From: an uncultured delta proteobacterium
GTDB lineage: Bacteria; Desulfobacterota; Binatia; HRBIN30; BPIQ01
Assembly: GCA_963761335.1 (NCBI GenBank)
Contig: CAVXGR010000015.1
Location: forward strand, 64,001-128,000
Length of the DNA stretch: 64,000 nt
Direction of reading: 5' to 3'
In this document: piece after piece, positions 21,495-33,267 of the stretch
Layout: every line of letters begins with the position of its first letter
Numbering within the stretch: the first letter of the stretch is position 1
Position numbers and translations under genes: made by a program
Notes under the pieces: generated by a model
The model's database searches: none
Seen by the model: the letters and a program-made list of their open reading frames with translations, nothing else
Told to the model about the DNA's origin: nothing

Positions 21495-23409
21495 CCATGC
21501 GCGCCAGGTATTCGGGCCGGATGTGCACGTTGTAGCGCGCCTTGAGCTCGTCGGCGAACTGCTGCAACACCATCCCTTTTCGCTGCGAGAGGATCTGCTT
21601 CTTGATCTCGTCCTTCTTCTCCGCGAACTTGCTCTCGTCGACGGGTACTCGCTTGTCCAGCATCGCGACGACGATCTTGTCGTCGCTCGCGTAGGTCTTG
21701 GGTGCCACGGGCTGCTCGGAGGTCAGCGAGAAGGCGTCCTTCTGGAGCTCCGGTTGGCTGCCGATGCCGGGGATGGAGGCGTCGTTGCGGCCGAAAGGTG
21801 CGGTCTCCTCTGGTGCCAAGCCGTGTGCCGCGGCGACCGCCTGTAGGTCCTTGCTCTTCTTCAGCTCGGCCAGCATGTCATCGGCCGCCTTGCGCGCCAG
21901 CTCTTTCGCCTTCTCCTTGTCGACGTCGGCGATCACCCGGTCGCGGATCTGCGCGAGCTCCGGCACGCGTGCTGGAATCTCCTCGGCGACGCGGAAGACG
22001 TAGCTCGCCTGCGGGGCGTCGACCTCGCCGACCTTGCCGACGTCCGTCGCAAACACCCTTGCGGAGAGCTGTGGCAAGCGGCCGACCCCCTGTATCCCCT
22101 CACTGGCCGCGAAGGGCTGCGGATCGGCGACGGCGACGCCGCTCGCCTGAGCCAGGGCAGCGAGTTGCTGACCACCGGCGGCCTTCTCCATGTCGGCCTG
22201 GGCCTGCTGCCGCCGCGCTTCGTCGCCCTTTTGCTGGCGCACCTTGGGGACCACCTCGTCGCGCACCTCGGCGAGTGGCTTGGGACCGGCGGGCCGTTTT
22301 TCGTCCAGCTGGATGATCTCGAAGCCGAACTGCGTCTCGACGACGTCCGAAAGCTGGCCGGGCTGCTGCAGGGCGAAGGCGGCGTCCTCGAAGGGCTTCA
22401 CCATCTGGTTGCGCCCGATGAGGCCGAGGTCGCCTCCTCGATCCTTGTTGGCATCGTCCTCCGAGTACTGCCGAGCCAGGGCCGAGAAGTCCTCGCCGCC
22501 GCGGGCCTTGTCGAGCACCTGCTGGGCCAGACCGCGCTTTGCCTGCTTCACCTCCTCGGTGGCGCCCTCGGGGACCTTCACGAGGATGTGGCGGACGTGC
22601 ACCTGCTCGGGGGACTGGAAATCGCTCTTGTGCGCCTCGTAGTACTTCTGCACGTCGGTGTCGTCGACCTTGGCCCGATCGGCGAACACCGCCATCGGAT
22701 ACGCCGCCAGCTCGATGCGCCGGCGCGCCGGCTCCTTGTATGCGTCCTTGTGGGTTCCGTAGTACTTGCTGATCTCGTCGTCGCTCGGTGCCCCCTGTCC
22801 GGCGTACTTGGAATCGGACACTTCCAGATAGCGGAGGCTGATCTTCTCGTTCTGGTAGTCGTACTGCTGCCGGGCCTCCGCATCGCTGACGTAGACGCCG
22901 GCCAGGAGCGCGTTCTGGAGCTTGTCGACGAGAATCTGCTCGCGCTGGGTGGCCTCGTACTCGGTCGGTGTCAGGCGATTGCCACGCAGCAGCTCCATGT
23001 AGCGGGTGCGGTCGAACTGACCGGCCCGCTGGAAGGCTTCCTGCTCCTCGATGGAGCGGCGCACCTCGTCGTCGGTGACCCCTAGGCCGAGCCGCTCCGC
23101 CTCCTGCTGCATCAGGTTGACGCGGATGAGCTCGTCGAGGGCGCGCTCGCGCAGGTGCAACGCCTTGAGCAGCTCCGGGCTGGCGTTCTTGGCAAACATG
23201 TTGCGGTAGGCGTCGAGCAGGTTCTGATAGGCGCGGTCCACCTCGTCGGAGGTGATGGCGTGCTCGTTTACCTCGGCGACCATATCGCCGGGCTGCTGTC
23301 GGCGCGACAACATGCCGCCGACGCCCCAGAGGATGAAGACGACGACGATGATCAAAAAGGCCGCTTTGATCCAGACAGAGCTGGCATTCTTTCGCATGAA
23401 TTTGAGCAT
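21466..23409 (-). CDS. ppiD: PpiD-like periplasmic chaperone (SurA N-terminal and parvulin domains)
   Basis: N-terminal TM anchor; HVRHILV, FSALARQYSED, GGDLG and ETQFG parvulin motifs. Confidence 0.88.
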   Translation of the reverse strand: MLKFMRKNASSVWIKAAFLIIVVVFILWGVGGMLSRRQQPGDMVAEVNEHAITSDEVDRAYQNLLDAYRNMFAKNASPELLKALHLRERALDELIRVNLMQQEAERLGLGVTDDEVRRSIEEQEAFQRAGQFDRTRYMELLRGNRLTPTEYEATQREQILVDKLQNALLAGVYVSDAEARQQYDYQNEKISLRYLEVSDSKYAGQGAPSDDEISKYYGTHKDAYKEPARRRIELAAYPMAVFADRAKVDDTDVQKYYEAHKSDFQSPEQVHVRHILVKVPEGATEEVKQAKRGLAQQVLDKARGGEDFSALARQYSEDDANKDRGGDLGLIGRNQMVKPFEDAAFALQQPGQLSDVVETQFGFEIIQLDEKRPAGPKPLAEVRDEVVPKVRQQKGDEARRQQAQADMEKAAGGQQLAALAQASGVAVADPQPFAASEGIQGVGRLPQLSARVFATDVGKVGEVDAPQASYVFRVAEEIPARVPELAQIRDRVIADVDKEKAKELARKAADDMLAELKKSKDLQAVAAAHGLAPEETAPFGRNDASIPGIGSQPELQKDAFSLTSEQPVAPKTYASDDKIVVAMLDKRVPVDESKFAEKKDEIKKQILSQRKGMVLQQFADELKARYNVHIRPEYLARMDAQERTTYQ

Positions 23410-23501
23410 TGCAGGAACGATAATTTAGGGCTGCGACGAAATCAACAGCGACCCGGGAGAGCCGGCGGGTTCACCTTGCCGACCTCGGGGAATTCTGGTA
23501 G

Positions 23502-24584
<1,083 letters not shown>

Positions 24585-24618
24585 GACGATGCCTGTGAGC
24601 CAGCCGTCCTGAACGCTC

Positions 24619-25458
24619 ATGTTGGAGTTCCTCCGGAGAAACCAGATCCTGCTGACCTCCGGATGCTTGCTGGTCATCGCCCTGGTGCTGGCGTCGTCGA
24701 ACGCTCGTGACCGCTACCTGCAGGAGCCCTTCAACGACTTGCTCCTCGAGGGAATGAGGCCGGTGCAGAGCGGCATCACCAACGCCGTTCACTCGGTCAC
24801 CCAGATCTGGCAGCGCTACATCGCCCTGGTCGGCTTGCAGCGCGAGAACGAGGCCCTGCGCCAGCGCCTCCTGGAGCTCGAGCAGGAAGCGGTGCGCCGC
24901 GCCGAGATCGAGCAGACGAACCGGCGCCTGAGCGAGCTGCTCGACTTTCGCGCCAGCCTCCGCGGCGAAGCGCGCGCCGCCGAGGTGATCGGCAAGGATC
25001 CGCAGCCGTGGTTCCGCTCCTTCGTAATCAACAAGGGCGAGGCGGACGGCATCCGCAAGGGCATGGCGGTGCTTTCGGCCTACGGCGTGGTCGGGCAGAT
25101 TCACACCGCCAGTGCGCACGCCGCCCGCGTCCTGCTGATCACCGACCACAACAGCGGAATCGACGCCGTGGTCCAGCGCAGCCGGGCGCGCGGCATCGTC
25201 GAGGGCGCCGTCTCCGAGGGCTGCGTGATGAAATACCTGCGGCAGGGCGAGGACGTCCAGGTCGGAGATCGCGTGGTGACATCGGGGCTCGACGGCATCT
25301 TCCCCAAGGGGATCGTCGTCGGCCGCATCACCGGTCTGTCGCGGCGCAGCCGCGGCCTCCTGCAGTCGGCGGTCGTCGAGCCGATGGTGCCTTTCGATCG
25401 CCTCGAGGAGGTTCTGGTGGTGGACTCGAACGCCGAGCTGCAGCGGGAATCTCCGTGA
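24619..25458 (+). CDS. mreC: Rod shape-determining protein MreC
   Basis: TM helix and coiled coil; INKG, GVVG and VTSGLDGIFPKG motifs; operon order. Confidence 0.96.
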   Translation: MLEFLRRNQILLTSGCLLVIALVLASSNARDRYLQEPFNDLLLEGMRPVQSGITNAVHSVTQIWQRYIALVGLQRENEALRQRLLELEQEAVRRAEIEQTNRRLSELLDFRASLRGEARAAEVIGKDPQPWFRSFVINKGEADGIRKGMAVLSAYGVVGQIHTASAHAARVLLITDHNSGIDAVVQRSRARGIVEGAVSEGCVMKYLRQGEDVQVGDRVVTSGLDGIFPKGIVVGRITGLSRRSRGLLQSAVVEPMVPFDRLEEVLVVDSNAELQRESP

Positions 25459-25459
25459 G

Positions 25460-25960
25460 ATGCGACGGGTCGCGGTGATCTTGCTGGTAGGGCTGGCGGC
25501 GGTGGTGGTGCAGAGCACGATCCTTCCCCTCCTGCCGCTCGGCCCGGCGCTTCCCGACCTCCTGCTGGTTCTCTGCGTCTACCTCGGTCTCTACATCCAT
25601 TCGCCGGCCGGCGCGCTCGGCGCCTTCGCCATCGGCTATATCGAAGACGCCTTCTCCGGGAGCCTTCCGGGAGTCAACGCCTTCGCCATGACCATCGTCT
25701 TCCTGCTGGTCTACCTGACCTCGCGGCGGCTGTGGGTGGGCAATGCCCTGTCGCGCATCGTGCTGGTCTTCCTCGCGTCGCTGGTGAAGGCCGCGGCGAT
25801 GATGTTGGTGATCGGCGCCTTTCTCTCCCTCGACGGCCTTTGGCAGACGGTGATGAAGTACATCCTCGCGGAGGCGGCTCTGGCCGCGGCCTTGAGCCCG
25901 CCGATCTTCGCGGTGCTGGGGCACATGCAACAGCTCGATGCGGAGCGGGTGTCGGCATGA
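25460..25960 (+). CDS. mreD: Rod shape-determining protein MreD
   Basis: Hydrophobic; PDLLLV and GYIEDAFSG motifs; operon order. Confidence 0.93.
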   Translation: MRRVAVILLVGLAAVVVQSTILPLLPLGPALPDLLLVLCVYLGLYIHSPAGALGAFAIGYIEDAFSGSLPGVNAFAMTIVFLLVYLTSRRLWVGNALSRIVLVFLASLVKAAAMMLVIGAFLSLDGLWQTVMKYILAEAALAAALSPPIFAVLGHMQQLDAERVSA

Positions 25961-27825
25961 TCCCGCTCACCCCGCGCGAGACCCCGGGGGCGCTCAAGCG
26001 GCGACTGGCGATCGGCATTGCCGTCTGTATCCTCGCCTTTGCGGCGCTCCTCGGCCGCCTGTGGCAGCTGCAGATCCTCGAGGGCCAGGAGCAGCGGATG
26101 CTGTCCGACAACAACCGCATTCGCCTGCACCGCGTGCAGGCGACGCGGGGGACGGTGCGTGATCGCGACGGCCGCACCCTTGTCGACAGCCGCCCGTCGT
26201 TCGACGCGGTGCTGGTCCCCGAGGACGCGACCGACCTGCCCACGGTGGTGGAGAATCTCTCGCAGTACCTGCGGCAGGGCAGCGCCGAAACGCAGGCTCT
26301 GCTGGTACAGGCAAAGGGACGGCCCGCGTTCCAGGAGATCGTCGTGAAACGCGACCTGACCTGGGACGAGGTGGTGGCCATCGAGACCCACCAGCTGGAC
26401 GTCCCCGGAGTGAGCCTGCAAATCACCCCGCGGCGAAGCTACCCCTATGGGCCCATGCTCGCCCATCTCCTCGGTTACGTGGGGGAGGTCAACCGCCGCG
26501 AGATGGAGCGCGACGACCACTACCGCATGGGCGATCTGATCGGAAAGGCCGGCCTCGAGCGCCGCTGGGAGAAGCAGCTGCGCGGCATCGACGGCGGGCA
26601 GCAGGTCGAGGTCGACGCCGTCGGGCGAAGGCTGCAGGTGCTTCGCGAGGTTGAGGAGGTGCCGGGAAACACCCTGACGTTGACCATCGACCTGGACCTG
26701 CAGGAGGCGGCGGAACAGGCACTCGGCGACCGCGAGGGGGCGTTGGTCGCCATCGACCCGCGCAACGGCGAAATTCTCGCCATGGTGAGCCATCCCTCCT
26801 TCGATCCCAACGAGTTCGCTCGGGGGATTCGACCCGCCGAGTGGCGGAGATTGATGACCGATCCGCTGCGCCCGATGAACAACCGGGCCATTCAGGGTCA
26901 GTACCCGCCGGGTTCGATCTACAAGATCATCATGGCGACCGCGGCCCTGGAAGAAGGCGTCATCAATCCCTTCAACCACATCCACTGCGGCGGCGGCATG
27001 CAGTTCGGAAATCGCTACTTCCATTGCTGGAAGAGGGGTGGGCACGGCAGCGTCGACTTGCACGAGGCGCTCGTCCAGTCGTGCGACACGTACTTCTATC
27101 AGGTCGGCCAGCGGCTCGGCATCGAATCGATCGCCGAGTGGTCGCGGATCTTCGGCCTGGGTACCCCCTCCGGCGTCGAGTTGGAGAACGAGAAGTCGGG
27201 TCTGGTTCCCGATCCCGAATGGAAGCGCAAACGCTTCAAGCAGCCGTGGTTCCCCGGGGAGACGATGTCGGTCTCCATCGGCCAGGGATACGTGACCGTG
27301 ACGCCGATCCAGATGGCCGACATGATTGCGGCCATCGCCACGGGGCGCCGCTACCGGCCTCACTTCGTCAAGTCGATCGAGGCGGTCGACGGCGGTCTGG
27401 TGATGGAGACCCGGTCGCAGGAAATCGGCGAGCTGCCGGTGCGCAAGAGCACGCTGACCCAGCTGCGGGCCGCCCTGCGCGACGTGGTGGAGAGCGATCA
27501 CGGCACCGGCAAGAAGGCGCGCCTGCCCGGAATCGAGGTGGGGGGGAAGACGGGAACGGCGCAGGTGGTCAAGCTCGGGCGCAGCCATCTGAGCGGCGCC
27601 CAGGTGCCGCGCAAGCAACGCGACCACGCCTGGTTCGTCAGCTTCGCCCCGGTGGATGACCCGCAGATCGCGGTCGCGGCGCTGGTCGAGCACGCCGGCG
27701 GCGGCGGTGGCGCCGTGGCGGCGCCGACGGCGCGCGAAGTGCTGAGCGCCTTCTTCCACATCCAGGCTGCCAGAGAGGGAAACCGCTATGCTGAAGTTCG
27801 ATCGGCGGCTGATTTCGCATTTTGA
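25957..27825 (+). CDS. mrdA: Penicillin-binding protein 2
   Basis: ATGA overlap with mreD; SxxK (GSIYK), SCD and KTGT motifs. Confidence 0.95.
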   Translation: MIPLTPRETPGALKRRLAIGIAVCILAFAALLGRLWQLQILEGQEQRMLSDNNRIRLHRVQATRGTVRDRDGRTLVDSRPSFDAVLVPEDATDLPTVVENLSQYLRQGSAETQALLVQAKGRPAFQEIVVKRDLTWDEVVAIETHQLDVPGVSLQITPRRSYPYGPMLAHLLGYVGEVNRREMERDDHYRMGDLIGKAGLERRWEKQLRGIDGGQQVEVDAVGRRLQVLREVEEVPGNTLTLTIDLDLQEAAEQALGDREGALVAIDPRNGEILAMVSHPSFDPNEFARGIRPAEWRRLMTDPLRPMNNRAIQGQYPPGSIYKIIMATAALEEGVINPFNHIHCGGGMQFGNRYFHCWKRGGHGSVDLHEALVQSCDTYFYQVGQRLGIESIAEWSRIFGLGTPSGVELENEKSGLVPDPEWKRKRFKQPWFPGETMSVSIGQGYVTVTPIQMADMIAAIATGRRYRPHFVKSIEAVDGGLVMETRSQEIGELPVRKSTLTQLRAALRDVVESDHGTGKKARLPGIEVGGKTGTAQVVKLGRSHLSGAQVPRKQRDHAWFVSFAPVDDPQIAVAALVEHAGGGGGAVAAPTAREVLSAFFHIQAAREGNRYAEVRSAADFAF

Positions 27826-28891
27826 CTGGGGCCTGCTGATCCTGACGACGTGCCTCATCGCCGCTGGTCTGGCGACGGTGCTGAGCGCTACCTACGTCGA
27901 TGGCCGCATCCTCAGCCCGCTCGCCCTGCGACAGCTGATCTGGGCGCTGATCGGCTTCGGCGGGCTGTTCGCGGCGGTCAGCTTCGATTACCGGCAGCTC
28001 GAACGCCACGCTTACCTGATCTACGGACTGGCGCTGTGCCTATTGATCCTGGTGCCGGTGGCCGGGTCGATCAGTGGCGGCTCTCGCCGCTGGATCTCGC
28101 TGGGGCCGGTGTCACTGCAACCCTCCGAGCTCGCCAAGCTGGCGCTGGTGATCGCCCTGGCTCGCTACCTCCACCCGCGGCTCGGAGAGCAGTCGCTGCC
28201 GTTGCGGGCGGCGTTGATCCCGGCAGTTCTGGTCGCCGTGCCCGCCGTTCTCGTTCTCGCTCAGCCGGATCTGGGTACGGCGCTTCTGCTCGGCTTCTGC
28301 TTCGTGGCGCTGTTGCTGATCGCCGGCATGCGGCTGCGCTGGTTCCTGCTGGGCATCGCCCTGGTGGCACCGCTGGTGCCGCCGATCTGGGGTCATCTCA
28401 AGCCCTACCAGCAGCAGCGCATCCTCACCTTTGTCGACCCACAGGCCGACCCTCTGGGCGCCGGCTATCACGTCATCCAGTCGCAGATCGCCATCGGCTC
28501 GGGAATGGGGGCCGGCAAGGGATACCTGCAGGGTACGCAGAATCACCTCAATTTTCTCCCGGAGCAGCACACCGACTTCATCTTCTCGGTGTTTGCGGAG
28601 GAATGGGGCTTCGCCGGAGGTTGCGTCCTGCTGTCGATCTACGCCGGCCTGGTGATCCGCTGCTTCTTGGTGGCGCTGCGCGCCAAGGACACCTTCGGCC
28701 TGCTGCTCGCCTTCGGCCTGGGGACCATGCTGTGCATCCAAGCGGTGATCAACATCGGCATGGCCAGCGGCGTCCTGCCGGTGGTTGGTGTGACCCTGCC
28801 CCTGTTCAGCTATGGAGGATCTTCGCTGCTCACGATGATGATCGGCCTGGGCCTGGTGATCAACGTGAGCATGCGGCGCTTCACGTTCTAG
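27788..28891 (+). CDS. rodA: Rod shape-determining protein RodA (SEDS family)
   Basis: QPSELAK, QPDLGT, LPEQHTDFIF and SYGGSS motifs. Confidence 0.96.
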   Translation: MLKFDRRLISHFDWGLLILTTCLIAAGLATVLSATYVDGRILSPLALRQLIWALIGFGGLFAAVSFDYRQLERHAYLIYGLALCLLILVPVAGSISGGSRRWISLGPVSLQPSELAKLALVIALARYLHPRLGEQSLPLRAALIPAVLVAVPAVLVLAQPDLGTALLLGFCFVALLLIAGMRLRWFLLGIALVAPLVPPIWGHLKPYQQQRILTFVDPQADPLGAGYHVIQSQIAIGSGMGAGKGYLQGTQNHLNFLPEQHTDFIFSVFAEEWGFAGGCVLLSIYAGLVIRCFLVALRAKDTFGLLLAFGLGTMLCIQAVINIGMASGVLPVVGVTLPLFSYGGSSLLTMMIGLGLVINVSMRRFTF

Positions 28892-29211
28892 ACGACCTGA
28901 TCGATCGCTTTCATCAGATGCGCCTTGGGGACCGCCCCGACGATCTGGTCCTTGACGTCGCTCCCCTTGAAGAGGATCAGGTTGGGGATCCCGCGTACGC
29001 CGTAGCGGCCCGGAGTCGCCGGATTATCGTCGACATTCATCTTGACGACCTTCAGCCGGCCCTCGTACTGCTGCGCCAGCTCCTCGACGACCGGGGAGAT
29101 GGCCTTGCACGGGCCACACCAGGGAGCCCAGAAGTCGATGAGGACCGGAAGGTCCGACTTCAGTACCTCCTGCTCGAAGGTGGAATCGCTGACTTCTTTT
29201 ACGGCACCCAC
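28888..29211 (-). CDS. trxA: Thioredoxin
   Basis: WCGPC motif; GTG start after AGAGGAGG. Confidence 0.95.
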   Translation of the reverse strand: MGAVKEVSDSTFEQEVLKSDLPVLIDFWAPWCGPCKAISPVVEELAQQYEGRLKVVKMNVDDNPATPGRYGVRGIPNLILFKGSDVKDQIVGAVPKAHLMKAIDQVV

Positions 29212-29329
29212 TGTCGGACCTCCTCTGTTGGTCCTGTCGAGAGTAACTGCCGGCCCTGGTCGATTCAAGCGATGGCTCTCGAGGGGCGTCTATCTGTGCA
29301 TTCGCAAGCGGAGTGGCTAGGATACGGAA

Positions 29330-30022
29330 ATGCCCGCTCCGCGCCTACGGAAGGCCGCCGCCGTCGGTCCCCTGTTCAAGCGCCTCGACGAGGCCTATCC
29401 ACAGGCGCGACTGGCGCTCGACTTCGGCTCGCCACTCGAGCTGCTGGTGGCGCTGATTTTGGCGGCGCAGTGCACGGATCAGAAGGTCAACGAGGTCACC
29501 GCCGGGCTGTTTCGCAAATACCGCTCTGCCAGGGACTACGCTTCGGCGCCCCGCGAAGTGCTCGAGGCCGACATCCGCCCCACGGGATTCTTCCGCAACA
29601 AAGCGCGGGCGTTACAGGGATGCTGCCAGCGCCTGGAGGACGATTTCGGTGGCGAGGTTCCCAAGCGGCTGGAGGACCTTTTGAGCCTCCCCGGGGTGGG
29701 GCGCAAGACCGCGAATATTCTGCTCGGCAACGCCTTCGGCATCCCGGGTATCGGGGTCGATACGCACGTCCTGCGCCTGTCGCAGAGACTCGGGCTCACC
29801 CGCGAGAAGGACCCGGACAAGGTGGAAGCCGACCTCACCGCTGTGGTGCCCCGGCGGCAGCAGATCCGCTTCTGTCATCTCCTGCAGGCGCACGGCCGGG
29901 CGACGTGCCATGCCCGCAAGCCCGACTGCCCGGCGTGCGTCGTCGCCGACCTCTGCCCATACCCCGACAAGACGCCCGCGGCACCACCGCCGCGACCCGC
30001 GTTCGGCCGCCGGGTCCGCTGA
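29330..30022 (+). CDS. nth: Endonuclease III
   Basis: HhH motif LPGVGRKTAN, VDTHV, and Fe-S motif C-x6-C-x2-C-x5-C. Confidence 0.95.
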   Translation: MPAPRLRKAAAVGPLFKRLDEAYPQARLALDFGSPLELLVALILAAQCTDQKVNEVTAGLFRKYRSARDYASAPREVLEADIRPTGFFRNKARALQGCCQRLEDDFGGEVPKRLEDLLSLPGVGRKTANILLGNAFGIPGIGVDTHVLRLSQRLGLTREKDPDKVEADLTAVVPRRQQIRFCHLLQAHGRATCHARKPDCPACVVADLCPYPDKTPAAPPPRPAFGRRVR

Positions 30023-30242
30023 GCCGCGCCGCGGCCGCGAAAGCCACCGATGCAGTCGCCGGCGTCAGTTTCTTCGCAAATTGCGCCGCATTGACTAACC
30101 GCTGACGCGGCTGCAGCTGCCGCGGATCTGCTGCCGGTGTCCCCGCTTCACGTCTATCCTGCGGGAAAGTTGACGGAATTCCACCGTTTCTCGGCAGGCA
30201 TGCAGGCCTTCGGGCGGGGCGGACGGAGCGGCCGGACCCGGT

Positions 30243-31610
30243 ATGGAGCGTGCTCAGGCTTGGCGCGTGGAGAAGGGAATGCGAGATTCGAAGGCCCCGG
30301 CGCTGAGCAAGGCGGAAGCGGTGATCTTGCTGCGCTGGGTGCTGATCATCGCTACCTCGTATTTGGTTCTCTTCAGCCGTCCGCTCGCCCAGACGTCCGC
30401 CGCCGTCGGCATCTTCGTTGCGGCCTACCTCACCTCCAATCTGCTGCTCACCATCTTCCTGCCGCGGATTCGCTCACAGCGGGCCTTCGACGTGGGTGTC
30501 GTGCTGGTCGACACGGTTGCCGTTTCCATCGGCCTGGCGCTGACCGACAATGCCTCGAGCGATTTCTTCCTCCTCTACTTCGTGGTCATCTTCCTCGGAG
30601 CCCTCTCGGGGCGGCTGGGGCTGGTCGTCGGGGCCGCGGTGTTGATCAGCGGCCTGCACCTCTACACCATGGCGCGTTTCGTCGGCTTCGATCACTTGCT
30701 GCGCGACGGCTACATCCTCCGCATCCCTTTCCTCTTCGTGGTGTCGCTCTTCTTCGGCTACCTGGTGGAGCAGGCCCGCAGCAGCGAGCGCGGCGCTGAA
30801 GAGGCGCGGGTGCGGGAACGCATGCGCGCCGACTTCCTCTCCATGGTGACGCACGATCTGAAGAACCCGCTCGGGCTGGTGCAGAGCATGGCGGAGCTTC
30901 TCCTGGACGGAGATGCGGGGCCGATGAACCAGCAGCAGACGAATCTGATTCGGCGCATTCACGCCAACATTCGCCGCGTGATCTCTCTCTCCCTCAACCT
31001 CCTCGACGCGGCGCGCATCGAGGCCGGGCGAGTGAACCTGCAGCGCACCCCGGTGAATCTCGCCGACATCGTCGACGACGCCATGTCGCTGGCGCGCAGC
31101 GCGGGCGAGCTCAAGGGCGTCAACCTGCGCTTCGCACACGAGCCCGAGCTGCCCTCGGTCGATCTGGATTTCATGCAGATGGAGCGCGTGATCTCCAATC
31201 TTCTCGACAATGCCATCAAGTATACACCTGTCGGCGGCATGGTGACGGTGCTGATCAGCTGCACCGGGGATCAGTTGATTCTCACGGTGCGCGACAACGG
31301 GCCCGGCATTCCCGGCGCTGAGCTACCCGGTCTGTTCGACAAGTACCGTCGGCGGGCGGAGAGCGGGCGCACCCAAGGCACCGGGCTCGGTCTGTTCATC
31401 GTTCGCGCCATCGTCGAGGCCCACGGCGGTACGGTGCACGCCGAGAGTGTCGTCGGCAAGGGGACGAGCATGACGGTGTGCCTGCCGCTGCCGCAGGAGC
31501 CGCGAGTCAACGGTGCGGCTGGCAAGGTGTCGTCGTGGTCGCGCCCCGCCCTCGCCCCCGCCCTCGCGCCGCCGCCTCCGGCGGCCGCCCCCAGTGCCAG
31601 CGGGACATAG
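30243..31610 (+). CDS. Membrane sensor histidine kinase, paralog 1 (start may be 30279)
   Basis: About 5-6 TM helices; H-box HDLKNPL, N-box NLLDNAIKY, DNGPG and GTGLGL. Confidence 0.92.
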   Translation: MERAQAWRVEKGMRDSKAPALSKAEAVILLRWVLIIATSYLVLFSRPLAQTSAAVGIFVAAYLTSNLLLTIFLPRIRSQRAFDVGVVLVDTVAVSIGLALTDNASSDFFLLYFVVIFLGALSGRLGLVVGAAVLISGLHLYTMARFVGFDHLLRDGYILRIPFLFVVSLFFGYLVEQARSSERGAEEARVRERMRADFLSMVTHDLKNPLGLVQSMAELLLDGDAGPMNQQQTNLIRRIHANIRRVISLSLNLLDAARIEAGRVNLQRTPVNLADIVDDAMSLARSAGELKGVNLRFAHEPELPSVDLDFMQMERVISNLLDNAIKYTPVGGMVTVLISCTGDQLILTVRDNGPGIPGAELPGLFDKYRRRAESGRTQGTGLGLFIVRAIVEAHGGTVHAESVVGKGTSMTVCLPLPQEPRVNGAAGKVSSWSRPALAPALAPPPPAAAPSASGT

Positions 31611-31755
31611 GGGAGCGATTGCCTCCGTGGCAGGTCGCCGAGAAGGATTGCGATGCTGACCGCGCCATGCCGCTCCTGGCCGCGATTTGCCCCCATGAAC
31701 GGCAATGAATTGACTCTGGTGGCCCTATTCCCCCCTTCGGATTGGCGCCCAATGG

Positions 31756-31772
31756 CTGGCATTTCTCCTGCT
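31756..31772 (+). promoter_or_regulatory. Possible sigma54 (-24/-12) promoter for the second kinase
   Basis: CTGGCATTTCTCCTGCT has GG-N10-GC spacing; CTGC replaces consensus TTGC. Confidence 0.35.
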
Positions 31773-31914
31773 GTCGCATGGAATCAGCAATAGCGGCGCG
31801 ATCCGGATGCTACTGGGGGGCCGGTGAGGCATTCCGAGTCGCGCGTGAGAATCAAATGGAACGACCGGCCTCGCAACTCAGCTCGCACAACACGCGGAAC
31901 AACGCCGCCCCAGG

Positions 31915-33261
31915 ATGGCATATCAGGCGATGGGCGCTTGCCGGCCAGCGAAGGCGGAGCGGATGAGAGGTGGAGGGGAGGATGTCATGAGAGACGCTTC
32001 GCAAGATTCGCTCGAGGAACGGCACATGCAGGTGATCGTCCTGCTGCGCTGGGTCCTGATCATTGCCACGTCGTACCTGGTTCTCTTCAGCAGCGCAGCC
32101 CGGCAGACGTCGCCGACGGAGGCGCTGTTCGTCGTCGGTTACTTCGCCTCCAACATTGCCTTGCCGCCGCTGTGGCGCCGCGTCTCCTCGCGGCACGCGA
32201 TGCGCAGCGCCGTGGTTCTCTTCGACACCATGGCGGCGTCCCTCGGCCTAGTGCTGACCAACAACGTCTCCAGCGACTTCTTCTTGCTCTTCTTCCTGGT
32301 CCTCTTCCTGGGAGCCCTGACGAACCGCCTGGGGCTGGTGGCTGGAGCCGCCGTGCTCAGCTGCGTCATTCACCTGGTCACCGTCTCGCAATACATCGAC
32401 CTCGCTGAGATGGCGCGGCAGGGGTATCTGCTGCGGGTGCCGTTCCTCCTGGTCGTCGCCTTGTTCTTCGGACATCTGGTCGGCGAGGAAAGCCGCAGCC
32501 GCGAGCGTCGCCGGCTGGATTTCGTGACCGGTGTCAGCCACGACCTCAAGAATCCCCTTGGCGTCATCCATTCGATGTCCGAGTTCCTTCTCGACGGCAG
32601 TGCCGGGCCGCTCACCGCCGATCAGCAACAGCTGGTGCAGCGCATTCACGACAGTGCTCGCGGGATCATCTCCCTGTCCCGCAATCTCCTCGACGTGGCC
32701 CGGATCGGCGAGGGGCGGCTACTGCTGCAGTTCGCTCCGAGCAACCTGGCCGACGTGGTTTCCCGTGCCGTGGCGCTGGCGCAGCCCACGGCCGAGGCCA
32801 GATGCGTGACGCTGCGTTGCTCGTTGGCCGCCGGCCTGCCGGCGATCTCTCTGGATCCCGCGCAGATGGAGAGAGTGGTCGGCAACCTCGTCGACAATGC
32901 CGTCAAGTACACGTCTACGGGCGGCGTTGTGGACATCTCGCTGCGCGCCGAGCTCGAGGAGGTGGTGCTGGCGGTCCACGACGACGGGCCGGGAATTCCA
33001 GCGCATCAGCTCGAGGCGATCTTCGACAAGTACCGCCGCTTCACCAGCACCCGAGCCATTCAGGGCACGGGTCTGGGGCTCTTTATCGTCAGGTCGATCG
33101 CCGAGGCGCATGGCGGTCGGGTCGCCGGCGAGAGCGCCGTAGGCCAAGGCACGACGATCCGCGTGCGCCTGCCGTTGCGCCGCGAGAGCCCGCCCCCGTC
33201 GCGATGGCTCGCGGCGTGGCGCTGGCTGCCGCGGCTCGGCTTGCCGCGGGTGGCCAGCTGA
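31915..33261 (+). CDS. Membrane sensor histidine kinase, paralog 2 (start may be 31987)
   Basis: Shares LLRWVLIIATSYLVLFS and SSDFFLL with paralog 1; HDLKNPL, NLVDNAVKY and GTGLGL. Confidence 0.92.
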   Translation: MAYQAMGACRPAKAERMRGGGEDVMRDASQDSLEERHMQVIVLLRWVLIIATSYLVLFSSAARQTSPTEALFVVGYFASNIALPPLWRRVSSRHAMRSAVVLFDTMAASLGLVLTNNVSSDFFLLFFLVLFLGALTNRLGLVAGAAVLSCVIHLVTVSQYIDLAEMARQGYLLRVPFLLVVALFFGHLVGEESRSRERRRLDFVTGVSHDLKNPLGVIHSMSEFLLDGSAGPLTADQQQLVQRIHDSARGIISLSRNLLDVARIGEGRLLLQFAPSNLADVVSRAVALAQPTAEARCVTLRCSLAAGLPAISLDPAQMERVVGNLVDNAVKYTSTGGVVDISLRAELEEVVLAVHDDGPGIPAHQLEAIFDKYRRFTSTRAIQGTGLGLFIVRSIAEAHGGRVAGESAVGQGTTIRVRLPLRRESPPPSRWLAAWRWLPRLGLPRVAS

Positions 33262-33267
33262 CGGCGA

